NCBI GenBank assembly: GCA_964532805.1
Contig: CAZHKX010000002.1
Location: forward strand, 1 to 54,326
Length of the DNA stretch: 54,326 bases
From: an uncultured Clostridia bacterium
Lineage (GTDB): Bacteria > Bacillota > DTU025 > MWDF01
Direction: 5' to 3'
The position numbers and the translations under genes are program-made. Positions 44,301 through 52,877 of the stretch are shown here, one piece after another. The notes beneath the pieces were generated by a model. The model was not told the origin of the DNA and made no database searches. It saw only the letters and a list, made by a program, of their open reading frames with translations. The stretch's first letter is position 1. Every line of letters begins with the position of its first letter.

Positions 44301-45171
44301 CCTGCTCGGCCACGAGCAATCCGGCCACATATCCTCAGTCGGCTTCGAGATGTACTCGGCGATGCTGGAAGATGCCGTAAGGGAGCTCAAGGGCATTGAG
44401 CCCGCCTACGTGCCGGCGCCCGTCTCCATCGAGCTTCCCTTCAGCGCATACATACCCTCAAGCTTCATCACGGACCAGGCGGAGAAGATCGAGGCATACA
44501 GGAAGGTCAACGCGGTTCTTCAAAGGCAGGATGCGCTGGATCTGGCAGAGGAGCTCCAAGACAGGTTCGGAAGGTTGCCTGAAGAGGTGGCGAACCTCAT
44601 CGCCGTCGCCGAGATAAAGGCCATGGCAAGGGAAGTGGACGTCGCGAGCATAGGCATCGAGGCAGAGGACAGGTCGGGCGAGGCCATGATCGCGGTCAGG
44701 TTCGCCGAGGGCAGGCATTTCCAGAACCTGGCAGACGGCGAGAGGATGGCGAGGATGTTCCCCGGCCTGATGCCTATACCGATGTCGAGGACCGCACCGC
44801 TGCTTATGAGATACAGGGAGCTTAAGTCACCTGCCATAATAGACAACCTCAGAAAGCTCATGGAGGAGATTGCCCGCACTAAGCTTCGCGACCGGCTATT
44901 CTCCGAGAAGGTGGAACAGGGGGAAAGGCCTGAGGCGGCAGCCAAGAAGGCGATGCTGGAGTCGGGGATAATAATCCCAGAGGGGATGTCAGCGGAGAAT
45001 ACTGCAAAGAAGCAGAGGCAGGCTCCACCGCCCAGGCCTGCGCGCTACGACGAGGAGCCGCTTAAGCCTGTGGGGCAGATGAAGGCACCGGAGCTTTACA
45101 ACAGGAAGCTTGCGATAGCCGGAAAGAAGGGGCCCGACGGGGCAGAGTCGGGCAAGAAGCAAGGCAAATAG
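41332..45171 (+). CDS. mfd: Transcription-repair coupling factor with a ~100-aa K/A/P-rich C-terminal extension
   Basis: ATG at 41332 (AGGAGG RBS). GDVGFGKTEVA, VVDEEQRFGV and QLRGRVGRS motifs, plus a CarD-like segment (GDFVVHRDHGIGRY). Confidence 0.95.
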   Translation: MSRLTEQIRSTKEFTDLLAAAGPARKGAKVRLTGLSGSQKAFALSALAEAEGALAVMTFNQTEADRLQSDMRAFLGSSLPVFEFPFKDLLPYEEAAAPIELTAKRIAALSALSRRQPGVYIFAARSASYRLMPPEDFLPLHVTLRPGMSIDPLEVMAKLTSLGYERVDRCESEAQASFKGGVLDIFPAGAEFAVRAEFFGDDIESLRSFDPETQRSTGRLEEAVIAPAREMCVGGRRLDDGLGRIAAALERAKADAEGFEDPASRLAAVERLAERVQRHLAKLREHGSFDNDEQYIGYFFEKPASILDYLGDMLLVADEPERAHNSLRGYDRDASETYASFAGQGLVLPGNLGAHLGAGYVEMRAQGARRIELTAAPAQEEGPFEAVEVMMSMREPSFKSGDFQGMVKEADKSRRKGFAVVVAASTAERAERLKAAFLDEGAPVLRQDWEHLEPARGTIRVTVADISSGFISNPARLVLLTDTEFFGAAKKRKSYKQFAEGSKISSYKDLSPGDFVVHRDHGIGRYLDMKPMESLGVIRDYMSVEYAGGSMVYIPVEQVSILQKYIGSEETAPKLNKLGGIEWAKARSRAGKAVMEIAEELVRLYAARLSASAKPCGPDGPWQAAFEDRFPYDETEDQMEAVKAAKLDLEKDHPMDRLVCGDVGFGKTEVALRAAFKVAAEGRQVAVLAPTTILSYQHFNTFKERFDGFPVKVALLSRLTKPEEEKRILKEMESGLVDIAVGTHRLLSKDVKFRDLGLLVVDEEQRFGVEQKERLKMMRTDVHVLTLTATPIPRTMHMSMVGARDMSLIGTPPENRFPIRTYVTEHDDKMIREAILREIDRGGQVFYVHNRVRNINMVAEELAALVPEARIDVAHGQMNEERLEGLIMSFLRHEFDVLVCTTIIEAGIDMPNVNTLIVNDSERFGLAQLYQLRGRVGRSSRVAYAYLTYKRDNILSEAADKRLSAIREFSNLGSGYRIAMRDLEIRGAGNLLGHEQSGHISSVGFEMYSAMLEDAVRELKGIEPAYVPAPVSIELPFSAYIPSSFITDQAEKIEAYRKVNAVLQRQDALDLAEELQDRFGRLPEEVANLIAVAEIKAMAREVDVASIGIEAEDRSGEAMIAVRFAEGRHFQNLADGERMARMFPGLMPIPMSRTAPLLMRYRELKSPAIIDNLRKLMEEIARTKLRDRLFSEKVEQGERPEAAAKKAMLESGIIIPEGMSAENTAKKQRQAPPPRPARYDEEPLKPVGQMKAPELYNRKLAIAGKKGPDGAESGKKQGK

Positions 45172-45222
45172 CCGGATCTGCCGCAACATGTGGCGGCTGA
45201 CGGCCATGGAACGGAGAGGCAA

Positions 45223-46758
45223 ATGGCAAAGGGGAAGATAAGGATAGCGGGTATGGGGCCGGGGCCGGCTAACATGCTGCCGCCTGCGGTGATGGATGAG
45301 ATCAATGAGTGTGACATAGTGTTCATAAGGACTTTGCGGCATCCGGCCGCGGCGCTTTTCTCAGGGCTTATGAACCTGGAGAGCTTCGACGCGGTCTATG
45401 ACTGCTCTGAAAGCTTCGATGCCGCCTACGAGAAGATGGCGGCAAGGGTGGTGGAGGAGGCCGAGTCGGGCCTGGACGTGGCATACGTGGTCCCGGGAAG
45501 CCCGTCTGCAGGCGAGGTCTCGGTGGGGCTTGTGATGAGGAAGGCCGAGTCGCTAGGCATTCCCGTGAGGACGGTGCAGGGCATGAGCTTCATAGACGCC
45601 TGCTGCCTTGCGGCCGGCTGCGACAGCCTTGTGGACGGAATCGCCGTTATAGGGGCGTTCAGGCTGGATGCGCAGTGGCCCGAGTCCTCGACCGGGCTTA
45701 GGATGCCCTTTCCCATACCTCTTCTCATCGGGGAAGTATATGACAGGATGATGGCAGGGGAAGTGAAGCTAGCCATAGCGGAGGCCTACGGAGACGAGCA
45801 CGAGGTGAAGGTCATCACAGCCGCGGGCGACATGGCATCCATGTCGGTAAGGAAGGTCCCCGCCTACATGCTGGACCGACTGGAGGGGCTGGACCATCTG
45901 ACATCCGTCTTCGTCCCGGTCGCGGCAGAGCGCGAGAGGGCGCGTCCGAGCGGCTGGCCCGCAGACAGGCTAGTAGAGATAATGGCAAGGCTAAGAGGCG
46001 ACGACGGCTGCCCCTGGGACAGAAAGCAGGACCTTCAGAGCCTAAGGCCCTATGTGCTTGAGGAAGCCTACGAGGTGGCCGAGGCGATTGATGAGAAGGA
46101 CATGGACCACCTCTGCGAGGAGCTGGGAGACCTTCTCCTCCAGGTCGTGTTCCAATCCCGCATAGCCCAGGAGGACGGCTACTTCGACTTCCTGGACGTG
46201 GTGGACTCCATATCCGAGAAGCTCATAAGGCGACATCCGCACATATTTGCCGATGTCGAAGCGGACACGGCGGAGAAGGTGCTGAGAAACTGGGAATACA
46301 TCAAGCAGCAGGAGAAGGCCGATAAGGCTGCGAAGAGGGGGGGCGCATCAGAGGGCGAGGAGCCTCCGTCGCTTCTGGACGGCATCGCAAACGCGCTTCC
46401 GGCGCTGTGGTACTCCGCCAAGATGCAGGACAAGGCGGCAAGGGTGGGCTTCGACTGGAAGAACCCCGAGCAGGCGATGATCAAAGTCTTCGAGGAGACC
46501 GAGGAGGTTAAAGAGGCGCTGTCCGGCCCGAAGGAGCTGCTTGAGGAGGAGATCGGAGACCTTCTGTTCGCCGTCGTGAATGTGGCAAGGCTTGCGAAGG
46601 TGGATGCGGAGGCCGCGATGAAGAGGACTGCCGGCAAGTTCAGGAGGCGCTTCATGTACATCGAGGCGAAGGTGGCCGGCATGGGAGAGCGCATGGAGGA
46701 TATGGGGCTTGAGCGGCTGGACGCCCTGTGGAACGAGGCCAAGGCTGCGGGGATTTAA
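45223..46758 (+). CDS. mazG: YabN-like fusion: tetrapyrrole (SAM) methylase-like domain + MazG nucleoside-triphosphate pyrophosphohydrolase
   Basis: N-terminus IRIAGMGPGPANMLPP. The MazG repeats are EEAYEVAEAI...EELGDLLLQV and EETEEVKEAL...EEIGDLLFAVVNVAR. Confidence 0.85.
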   Translation: MAKGKIRIAGMGPGPANMLPPAVMDEINECDIVFIRTLRHPAAALFSGLMNLESFDAVYDCSESFDAAYEKMAARVVEEAESGLDVAYVVPGSPSAGEVSVGLVMRKAESLGIPVRTVQGMSFIDACCLAAGCDSLVDGIAVIGAFRLDAQWPESSTGLRMPFPIPLLIGEVYDRMMAGEVKLAIAEAYGDEHEVKVITAAGDMASMSVRKVPAYMLDRLEGLDHLTSVFVPVAAERERARPSGWPADRLVEIMARLRGDDGCPWDRKQDLQSLRPYVLEEAYEVAEAIDEKDMDHLCEELGDLLLQVVFQSRIAQEDGYFDFLDVVDSISEKLIRRHPHIFADVEADTAEKVLRNWEYIKQQEKADKAAKRGGASEGEEPPSLLDGIANALPALWYSAKMQDKAARVGFDWKNPEQAMIKVFEETEEVKEALSGPKELLEEEIGDLLFAVVNVARLAKVDAEAAMKRTAGKFRRRFMYIEAKVAGMGERMEDMGLERLDALWNEAKAAGI

Positions 46759-46800
46759 GAAGGGTTGATGGGCGAAGGGCAGTAAGCTGAGTGAATGATG

Positions 46801-46840
46801 GCGGGGAGGGCTGGTGATGCCCTCCCCGCATTGTTTTTTG
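46801..46840 (+). terminator. Rho-independent terminator
   Basis: GCGGGGAGGGC-7 nt-GCCCTCCCCGC forms a perfect 11-bp stem, followed by ATTGTTTTTTG. Confidence 0.8.
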
Positions 46841-46851
46841 GGCAGCTACTG

Positions 46852-47649
46852 TTATAGAGCCATATCCCGCCTGCTGAAGATTGCAATCCCGGCCGAATAC
46901 GCCGCAATCGCTATCGCCAGAAGCACGAGCCCCTGCACTGCGACGGAAGAGCCTCCCATTATCGCATCTGCGTCATAAAGGGAGAATATCGTGAGATTCT
47001 TAAGCCAGCTGAGCTTCTCCCCGACGTTCGAGAGCATATGGATGACATAGAAGCCCAGAGGGATGCTTGTGATGAGGGCGGATGACACCTTCGCCTCGTC
47101 GAAGGAGCATGAGCACAGGAAGCAGATGCCGGAGATGGCCAGGAAGAGAAGGAGCGCGTTATAGTTGAGCTTGACGTATTTGTCCAGCTCCAGAAGGCCC
47201 GGGAAGCTCGCCTCGCAGAAGGCGAAGCCGCCTGCCGCCACGACGCCAAACAGCAGGAGCAGGCTTAGGACGGTGAATGCCGCCTGGGTGGATGCTATTC
47301 GCGACCTCTTCACGGGACAGGCCAGAAGATATGCCATGGAGCCCCTGTCGACGTATCTGGACACCAGCCTTCCGGAGATTATGATGCAGTAGATCATGGG
47401 GAACATGAAGATTATGAAGCCGTAGTAGTAGCTTGCCATGAACTCGGTGAGCGTGCTTCCGAGGTCGTCGAAGCCCATCGCGGACAGAAGCTGCTTCGGC
47501 ATCGCCGACAGAAGGTCGTTCATAGCATCCATGCTTGTAGGGTCGTACATCATCGAGATGACTGACATGTACATCAGCATGATGGAGAGTATGACGACGA
47601 ATAGGAACCAGTTCGACTTCAGATCGTGCTTGAGAAGGGCCTTAATCAT
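46852..47649 (-). CDS. ABC-2-type transporter permease
   Basis: 265 aa with 6 hydrophobic helices. Its start overlaps the end of the upstream ATPase gene by 8 nt. Confidence 0.7.
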   Translation of the reverse strand: MIKALLKHDLKSNWFLFVVILSIMLMYMSVISMMYDPTSMDAMNDLLSAMPKQLLSAMGFDDLGSTLTEFMASYYYGFIIFMFPMIYCIIISGRLVSRYVDRGSMAYLLACPVKRSRIASTQAAFTVLSLLLLFGVVAAGGFAFCEASFPGLLELDKYVKLNYNALLLFLAISGICFLCSCSFDEAKVSSALITSIPLGFYVIHMLSNVGEKLSWLKNLTIFSLYDADAIMGGSSVAVQGLVLLAIAIAAYSAGIAIFSRRDMAL

Positions 47650-48556
47650 TTGATGCGCCCTCCTTCCCGTAATATTTCAGGAAGGCGTCCTCAAGGCTCT
47701 TCGTCCCCGGGTACAGCCCCCTTATGTCGCACTGCGCAAGCGCCCTTAGAAGAGCGTTGTAGTCCTTGCCGACTATGATCTCCGCCTGGTTGTGCCTACC
47801 TGAAGTCACCTCGAAGCCCATCGAGGCGAGCTTACGGATGTCCGCCGGATCGTTAAACAGGACGATGTAGCTGCTCCTCTGCTCCGCCTTAAGCTTCGAT
47901 ATCTCCTCGATGGCAGCCAGCCGCCCCTCTTTCAGAATGGCCGCCCTGTCGCAGGTCCTGTCCACTTCCTCGAAGTTATGGGAGGACATGAGGAACGTCT
48001 TGCCCTTCTTTTTCTCCTCGAGGACCAGGTCTATGAACATGTTCTGCATCAGGGGGTCAAGCCCGCTTGTGGGCTCATCGAGGATGTATGCCTTAGGCTC
48101 GTGCATGAAGGCCGCGACAATGGCGATCTTCTGCTTAGTCCCCTTGGACATCCTCCTTATCCGCTGCTTCATGTCGAGGTTGAACATGGAGGCGAGCTCG
48201 GCGGCCTTTCCCATGTCCTTCCTGCCGCGCATCTCCATGAGAAACCTGAGGAAGGAGGCGCCGCTCATGTCGTCGAACAGCGATATCTCCCCAGGTAGGA
48301 AGCCCAGCGACTGCTTGATCCTTGCGGCATCCTTCCAGCAATCCATGCCGTCTATGCTGCAGGTGCCGGACTGCGCCCTCATGAAGCCCATGAGAAGCCG
48401 TATGGTCGTGGTCTTGCCCGAGCCGTTCGGGCCCAGGTAGCCGAACGCCTCGCCCTGCTTCACGGAGAAGTTAAGGCTGAAAACCCCTTTTCCGCCCTTG
48501 TAAGCCATAGAAAGGCCGCTAGCCTCTATCAAAAGCATCGCCTCCCGGTGGTCCAA
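47642..48556 (-). CDS. ABC transporter ATP-binding protein (ABC-2/exporter type)
   Basis: GPNGSGKTT, MSKGTKQKIAIVAA and LDEPTSGLD motifs. The start is ambiguous: TTG at 48556, or ATG at 48538, which has an SD only 2 nt away. Confidence 0.85.
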   Translation of the reverse strand: MDHREAMLLIEASGLSMAYKGGKGVFSLNFSVKQGEAFGYLGPNGSGKTTTIRLLMGFMRAQSGTCSIDGMDCWKDAARIKQSLGFLPGEISLFDDMSGASFLRFLMEMRGRKDMGKAAELASMFNLDMKQRIRRMSKGTKQKIAIVAAFMHEPKAYILDEPTSGLDPLMQNMFIDLVLEEKKKGKTFLMSSHNFEEVDRTCDRAAILKEGRLAAIEEISKLKAEQRSSYIVLFNDPADIRKLASMGFEVTSGRHNQAEIIVGKDYNALLRALAQCDIRGLYPGTKSLEDAFLKYYGKEGASND

Positions 48557-48727
48557 GCATTCTACAAGCGTATTCTACATCCAAAGCATCGATTCAGGTT
48601 CGCTTTCGCAGAAACATTGATGCGGGTCGTGCAATATGTCAAAGTTGGCCCTTCGGGCGCTATAATAATAGGACAGGCGGTCTGGCGTGATACTGCAGAG
48701 GACGATGATGGCCGTTGCGGAGGCGGG

Positions 48728-49615
48728 ATGATTTTCTCCAGGGGCAAGGATAGACGGGCTCAAAGGGCAAGGTACAGCGCGGTGGCCAAGGGCCGACCGG
48801 CGATGGCTGCAGTAGGCGCCATCGGGCACTTCCTTGCGGCCCCTTTCATAATGCTGGCAGCGATATTCGCCTCGGCAGTAGTGCCAGCAAGAAGGCATGT
48901 GGTATCGGTGATTCTGATGCTCATGCTTGCGGTGGGCTTCTCATGGGCGGGAAGCAGCGTGGTCGACGGCTGGATGGACAAGAACCTAGCCTCGCTCGGA
49001 AGATATGGCGAGGCCCTCATGGAGATAAGGGAGATACCGTTCTCAGATGTAATAAACCTTGAGGCGATAAGGGCAGGCGTAGATCCCGCGCTTGTTGCGG
49101 CGATGATATCCCAGCAGAGCGCCTGGCAGGCGGAGAACCTCTCCTGGAGGGGAGGAAGGGGCCTTATGAATGTGACGCCCTCCATATGGCGCCAGTTCAA
49201 CCCCAATGCGGCCTGCACAGGGGAGCATGCTCCGCCCAAATGCAGCGCGGACTGCATCTTCGATGTGGAGGACAATATTAGGACGGGGGCATCCTATCTT
49301 CGCAACATCATCGACATGTACGGAGGAAGGGTCACTGTGGCACTTGCCGCATATGCCAGCGGTATAGACTACGTGGAGGCATATGAGGCGTCCGGCTCGG
49401 CGGGGGAGCCTCCCGCGCCGGCGTTCAGCGAATACTACGGCACCTTAAGGCAGGTGCTGACATTCTGGCGCGAGGCAAGGTCAAAGGGCGGCTCCGATGA
49501 TGTGGCCGCGGCATTGAGGCTAATGAGCATAAGGCGGATCTCGGGCTATGTGGCGCTCGGCCTTGCGGCGCTGCTTCTGGTATGGTCGGCGGCAAGATAC
49601 AGGCGGGAGGCGTAG
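48728..49615 (+). CDS. Membrane-anchored SLT-domain (lytic transglycosylase family) protein with Gln at the catalytic Glu position
   Basis: Probable start is the ATG at 48728 (GGAGG upstream). There are 2 TM helices. The SLT motifs are AAMISQQSAW (canonical ..QES.F), GGRGLMNVTP (canonical GLMQ) and AAYASG (canonical AYNAG). Confidence 0.65.
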   Translation: MIFSRGKDRRAQRARYSAVAKGRPAMAAVGAIGHFLAAPFIMLAAIFASAVVPARRHVVSVILMLMLAVGFSWAGSSVVDGWMDKNLASLGRYGEALMEIREIPFSDVINLEAIRAGVDPALVAAMISQQSAWQAENLSWRGGRGLMNVTPSIWRQFNPNAACTGEHAPPKCSADCIFDVEDNIRTGASYLRNIIDMYGGRVTVALAAYASGIDYVEAYEASGSAGEPPAPAFSEYYGTLRQVLTFWREARSKGGSDDVAAALRLMSIRRISGYVALGLAALLLVWSAARYRREA

Positions 49616-49622
49616 GAATAAG

Positions 49623-49925
49623 GTGGCAGACCCGAAGGTGAGGGCCAAATGGGAGAAGGCGGGCTATGTCATAAGCATAGCCATAATAGTCATATGCCTG
49701 GCCGGTATAACTATATCGTCCATGTGGCGCCTTTCTCAGATCAAGAAGGAGACAGCGGCACTTGAGCTGGAGCTTTCCTACTGGCAGGACAAGCTTGCCG
49801 ACATTGAGGAGCAGATAAGGCTGGCCACGGAGGATGAGACCATAGAGCGCATCGCAAGGGAGAAGCTCGGGCTTGTAATGCCGGGGGAGACGGTCTACCT
49901 GCCGAAATCGGAGGATGACCTCTAG
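49623..49925 (+). CDS. divIC: Septum formation initiator (FtsB/DivIC family)
   Basis: GTG start proposed at 49623. Single TM (YVISIAIIVICLAGITI), a coiled coil, and the C-terminal ERIAREKLGLVMPGETVY signature. Confidence 0.75.
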   Translation: MADPKVRAKWEKAGYVISIAIIVICLAGITISSMWRLSQIKKETAALELELSYWQDKLADIEEQIRLATEDETIERIAREKLGLVMPGETVYLPKSEDDL

Positions 49926-49954
49926 TTGTTCGGAAGTTGATACAGCATCATAGT

Positions 49955-49983
49955 TTGACTGCTTGCATATTATAAAGTATAAT
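49955..49983 (+). promoter_or_regulatory. Consensus sigma-A/sigma-70 promoter upstream of the S1-domain gene
   Basis: TTGACT (49955-49960) - 17 nt - TATAAT (49978-49983). Confidence 0.75.
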
Positions 49984-50030
49984 TTTCTGAAACGCGTATA
50001 AATATTGAAGCTTCCTGGAGGACTCTCTGA

Positions 50031-50438
50031 ATGGTGCCTGCCGTTGGTGAAGTGTTAAGTGGCAAGATAACGGGTATTACCAAATTCGGTGCCTTTGTGG
50101 ACATCGGAAACGGCCGAACGGGCATGGTGCATATATCCGAGATCGCAGACGAATATATAAACGAGATTACCGACCACGTGCACATCGGCGACATAGTTAA
50201 CGTCGCCGTGATCACCATAAACGGGGACAAGATAGGCCTTTCGATCAAGCAGACCCTGCCGAGCTTCGTGGCAAGGCAGGAGGCCAGGAACAGGGCGAGG
50301 GATGCGGCCTCGGCGGCGAACTTCGAGGATAAGCTCGCAAAGTTCATGAAGGACAGCGACGAGAGGCACTCGGACCTAAGAAAGAGCCAGGACTCGAAGA
50401 GGGGCGGCCGCGGCAGCCGAGGAAGCAGGATGTTCTAA
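50031..50438 (+). CDS. S1 RNA-binding domain protein (YabR-like)
   Basis: GEVLSGKITGITKFGAFVDIGNGRTGMVHISEIADEYI...GLSIKQ forms the S1 domain. The C-terminal tail is basic RGG-like. Confidence 0.9.
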   Translation: MVPAVGEVLSGKITGITKFGAFVDIGNGRTGMVHISEIADEYINEITDHVHIGDIVNVAVITINGDKIGLSIKQTLPSFVARQEARNRARDAASAANFEDKLAKFMKDSDERHSDLRKSQDSKRGGRGSRGSRMF

Positions 50439-50442
50439 CAGC

Positions 50443-50470
50443 GGGGCGCCGAGTGGCGCCCCTTCTTTTT
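50443..50470 (+). terminator. Rho-independent terminator
   Basis: GGGGCGCC-GAGT-GGCGCCCC forms an 8-bp stem, followed by TTCTTTTT. Confidence 0.75.
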
Positions 50471-50479
50471 GGAGGTTTC

Positions 50480-51052
50480 ATGCCAGTGGCTTTGGAGTGC
50501 GACAGCTTCATATGCGGCAAGGGCTCCGATTGCGAGGTCGTGGCAAGGCAGCTGGGAAGGACACCGGACGGCATGATTGGCGCATCCGCCAGGTGCTCGT
50601 TCGGAGCCCCCACTGCGGTGCTATGCTCGCCTGTTGTCGCAAGGGGGGCTAGGGGCGGAGATGGCAGGATGCCTGCCGAACCTTTCCCGACCCTATACTG
50701 GCTGACCTGCCCGTTTCTGAAGGAGAGGGTGGGAAGGCTTGAGGGCGGGCAGGCGTTTCTGGACATAAGGAAGATGATAGCAGAGGATGCGCAGTTCGAA
50801 GCCGGGCTTAGAAGGGCGGCGGACGAGTATAGAAGGATTAGAAGGAGGCTCTACGAGGAGCTTCCTGAAGGGCTAAAAGGGCTAATCGGCGAAAAGGCCG
50901 CGAAAGACCTGCTGGCCTCGGGCCCCGGTGGCGTCAAGGACTACAGGAATATCAAGTGCCTCCACATACACCTTGCCAACTTCATCTCCGGCATGAAGGA
51001 TCCCGTTGGGGAGGAGGCTGCAAGGCTCATCTCCTGCATGGAGGGCAGATAG
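50480..51052 (+). CDS. DUF501 domain protein
   Basis: ATG at 50480 (GGAGG RBS). The hallmark PFPTLYWLTCPFL and the GGVKDYRNIKCLHIHLA motifs are present. Confidence 0.75.
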   Translation: MPVALECDSFICGKGSDCEVVARQLGRTPDGMIGASARCSFGAPTAVLCSPVVARGARGGDGRMPAEPFPTLYWLTCPFLKERVGRLEGGQAFLDIRKMIAEDAQFEAGLRRAADEYRRIRRRLYEELPEGLKGLIGEKAAKDLLASGPGGVKDYRNIKCLHIHLANFISGMKDPVGEEAARLISCMEGR

Positions 51053-51134
51053 AAAGGGGGATGCCGATGAAAACATCCCCTGAATCCAGATAGTGCTATC
51101 AGAGGGGGCGCCCAGGCGGGATGCCCCTTTGCTA

Positions 51135-52250
51135 TTACCTGTCCAAGACCTTCACGATCTCATAATCCAGGCTTCCGATGCCCATCTCCGCAGCCCTCGT
51201 AAGCTGCACCCTCCAGTCGGAACCGGGAGCCACGCGCGCGAACTTGTCGTCGCCGCAGCACATACCGTGCGCGACGCTGCCATGCTCGCCGGCCGCCTCG
51301 TTTACCATGTCGGCGGCGGCCATATCTATGGCTACGGGGTCGATAGAGGCCATGATCCCCAGGTCGGGCACTATGGGGACGTCGTTGTTGCCGAAGCAGT
51401 CGCACTGCGGGCTCACATTGAGTATGACGTTGAAGAAGGCTGCCTTGCCCGCCTTCCCAGTCAGGGCGCCCGCGGCGTACTCAGCCATCTTTCGCTGAAG
51501 GGCTGAGGCGCTGTCATCCCAAGCGAACTTGATCGTCCTTACCGGGCACATGGCGAGGCAGTCTCCGCAGCCTATGCACTTATCCCTGTCTATCCACGCC
51601 TTGTTTCCCTCGGTGAAGAAGATTGCGTCCGCCGGGCAGTGCCTTGCGCACCTTGCGCAGCCCGTGCAGCCCTCCTGCCTGACCATGGGTTTGACGTGCG
51701 AATGCTGCATGAGCTTGCCTGCCCTGGAGGCGCAGCCCATGCCCAGGTTCTTTATAGTGCCCCCGACTCCGGTCGAGGTATGCCCCTTGAAGTGGGAGAT
51801 GACCACCAATGCAGTTGAATGGTAGATCGATGAAGCGATCTTCGCCTCTTTGACCTCGGTCCCCTTGACGGGCACTGAGACGTAGTCGCCGCCCATTAGG
51901 CCGTCTCCGACTATGAAGGGCGCGCCTGCTGTCTCAAGGGTGAAGCCGTTTAGGCTTGCGTTTATATGATGGCCCACGGCATTGTTCCTATGGCCGCTAT
52001 AGAGCGTGCTGGTGTCAGTAAGAAACGGGTGAGCGCCAGCAGCCTTTATCTTGTCCACGACACGCCTTACAAGCTGTGGCGAGACGAAGCTGAGGTTCCC
52101 GTATTCGCCGACATGGAGCTTGATTGCCGTGAAATCGCCCTTTACAAGCAACTTCTTGAGGCCCACTGCCTCGCAGAGGGCGTCCATCTTATCCAGGAGG
52201 TTCACATCGGGATTGGTCCTTGCGCTTGAGAAATAGACTTTGCTAGACAT
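51135..52250 (-). CDS. DUF362 domain protein with an inserted 2x[4Fe-4S] ferredoxin-type motif
   Basis: ATG at 52250 (GGGGGT RBS). The N-terminus VYFSSART...IKLHVGEYGN is DUF362-like. It carries CTGCARCARHCP and CIGCGDCLAMCP motifs. Confidence 0.75.
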   Translation of the reverse strand: MSSKVYFSSARTNPDVNLLDKMDALCEAVGLKKLLVKGDFTAIKLHVGEYGNLSFVSPQLVRRVVDKIKAAGAHPFLTDTSTLYSGHRNNAVGHHINASLNGFTLETAGAPFIVGDGLMGGDYVSVPVKGTEVKEAKIASSIYHSTALVVISHFKGHTSTGVGGTIKNLGMGCASRAGKLMQHSHVKPMVRQEGCTGCARCARHCPADAIFFTEGNKAWIDRDKCIGCGDCLAMCPVRTIKFAWDDSASALQRKMAEYAAGALTGKAGKAAFFNVILNVSPQCDCFGNNDVPIVPDLGIMASIDPVAIDMAAADMVNEAAGEHGSVAHGMCCGDDKFARVAPGSDWRVQLTRAAEMGIGSLDYEIVKVLDR

Positions 52251-52388
52251 CCATTTACCCCCGATAGTCAAAATATCGTGCACGATAGGAAGGTTATAAG
52301 CAGATTATAGCAAATATTAGACTTGATAAAGGCAACGTGCGGCCCTGCCGGACCATTCGTAAAGGCAGCCGGCTGCGGGGAGGGTAAA

Positions 52389-52832
52389 ATGAGAAAGGCA
52401 TTAATAATCGCAGCTATAGTGGCACTTGGGGCGATGATGCTGGCCGTGCCGGCTGAGGCGGCGCTTCCGGGGCAATTCTCGCTCAGCGCAAACGGCGGCT
52501 ATATGTTCACCTACGGGGAGCTTGAGCTCGAATATAAGGAGGGCGTAGGGGCAATCGGGCTTAATGTCGGCTCCAACGGCCTTCTTCTCGAGGTGGGCGT
52601 GCCCATCAAGTACTTCATACCCATGAGCGATACGCTAAGCTTCTATATCGGAGTCAATCCCGCCGCGCTCATCTACTTCGCAGGTCCGACCGTGGAGTTC
52701 GGCATAAAGGCGGGCCCGGGCATCGAGTTCAGGTCCGGCATGCTCAAGCTGGCAGCGGAGATAGGCTACAGCTATTCGGTGAGCACAAGCCACGGCTTCT
52801 ACGCGAAGGGCGGCGTCGGCATCGCATTCTAA
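52389..52832 (+). CDS. Small beta-barrel outer-membrane-protein-like protein, paralog 1
   Basis: ATG at 52389 (GGGGAGGG RBS). Signal peptide ...AVPAEA. Amphipathic beta-strands alternate, with an ELELEYK motif and a C-terminal ...GVGIAF (terminal Phe). Confidence 0.6.
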   Translation: MRKALIIAAIVALGAMMLAVPAEAALPGQFSLSANGGYMFTYGELELEYKEGVGAIGLNVGSNGLLLEVGVPIKYFIPMSDTLSFYIGVNPAALIYFAGPTVEFGIKAGPGIEFRSGMLKLAAEIGYSYSVSTSHGFYAKGGVGIAF

Positions 52833-52877
52833 GAACAACCGGCTAAAACAAAACCAATTATGTGGGAGGTATAAGCA

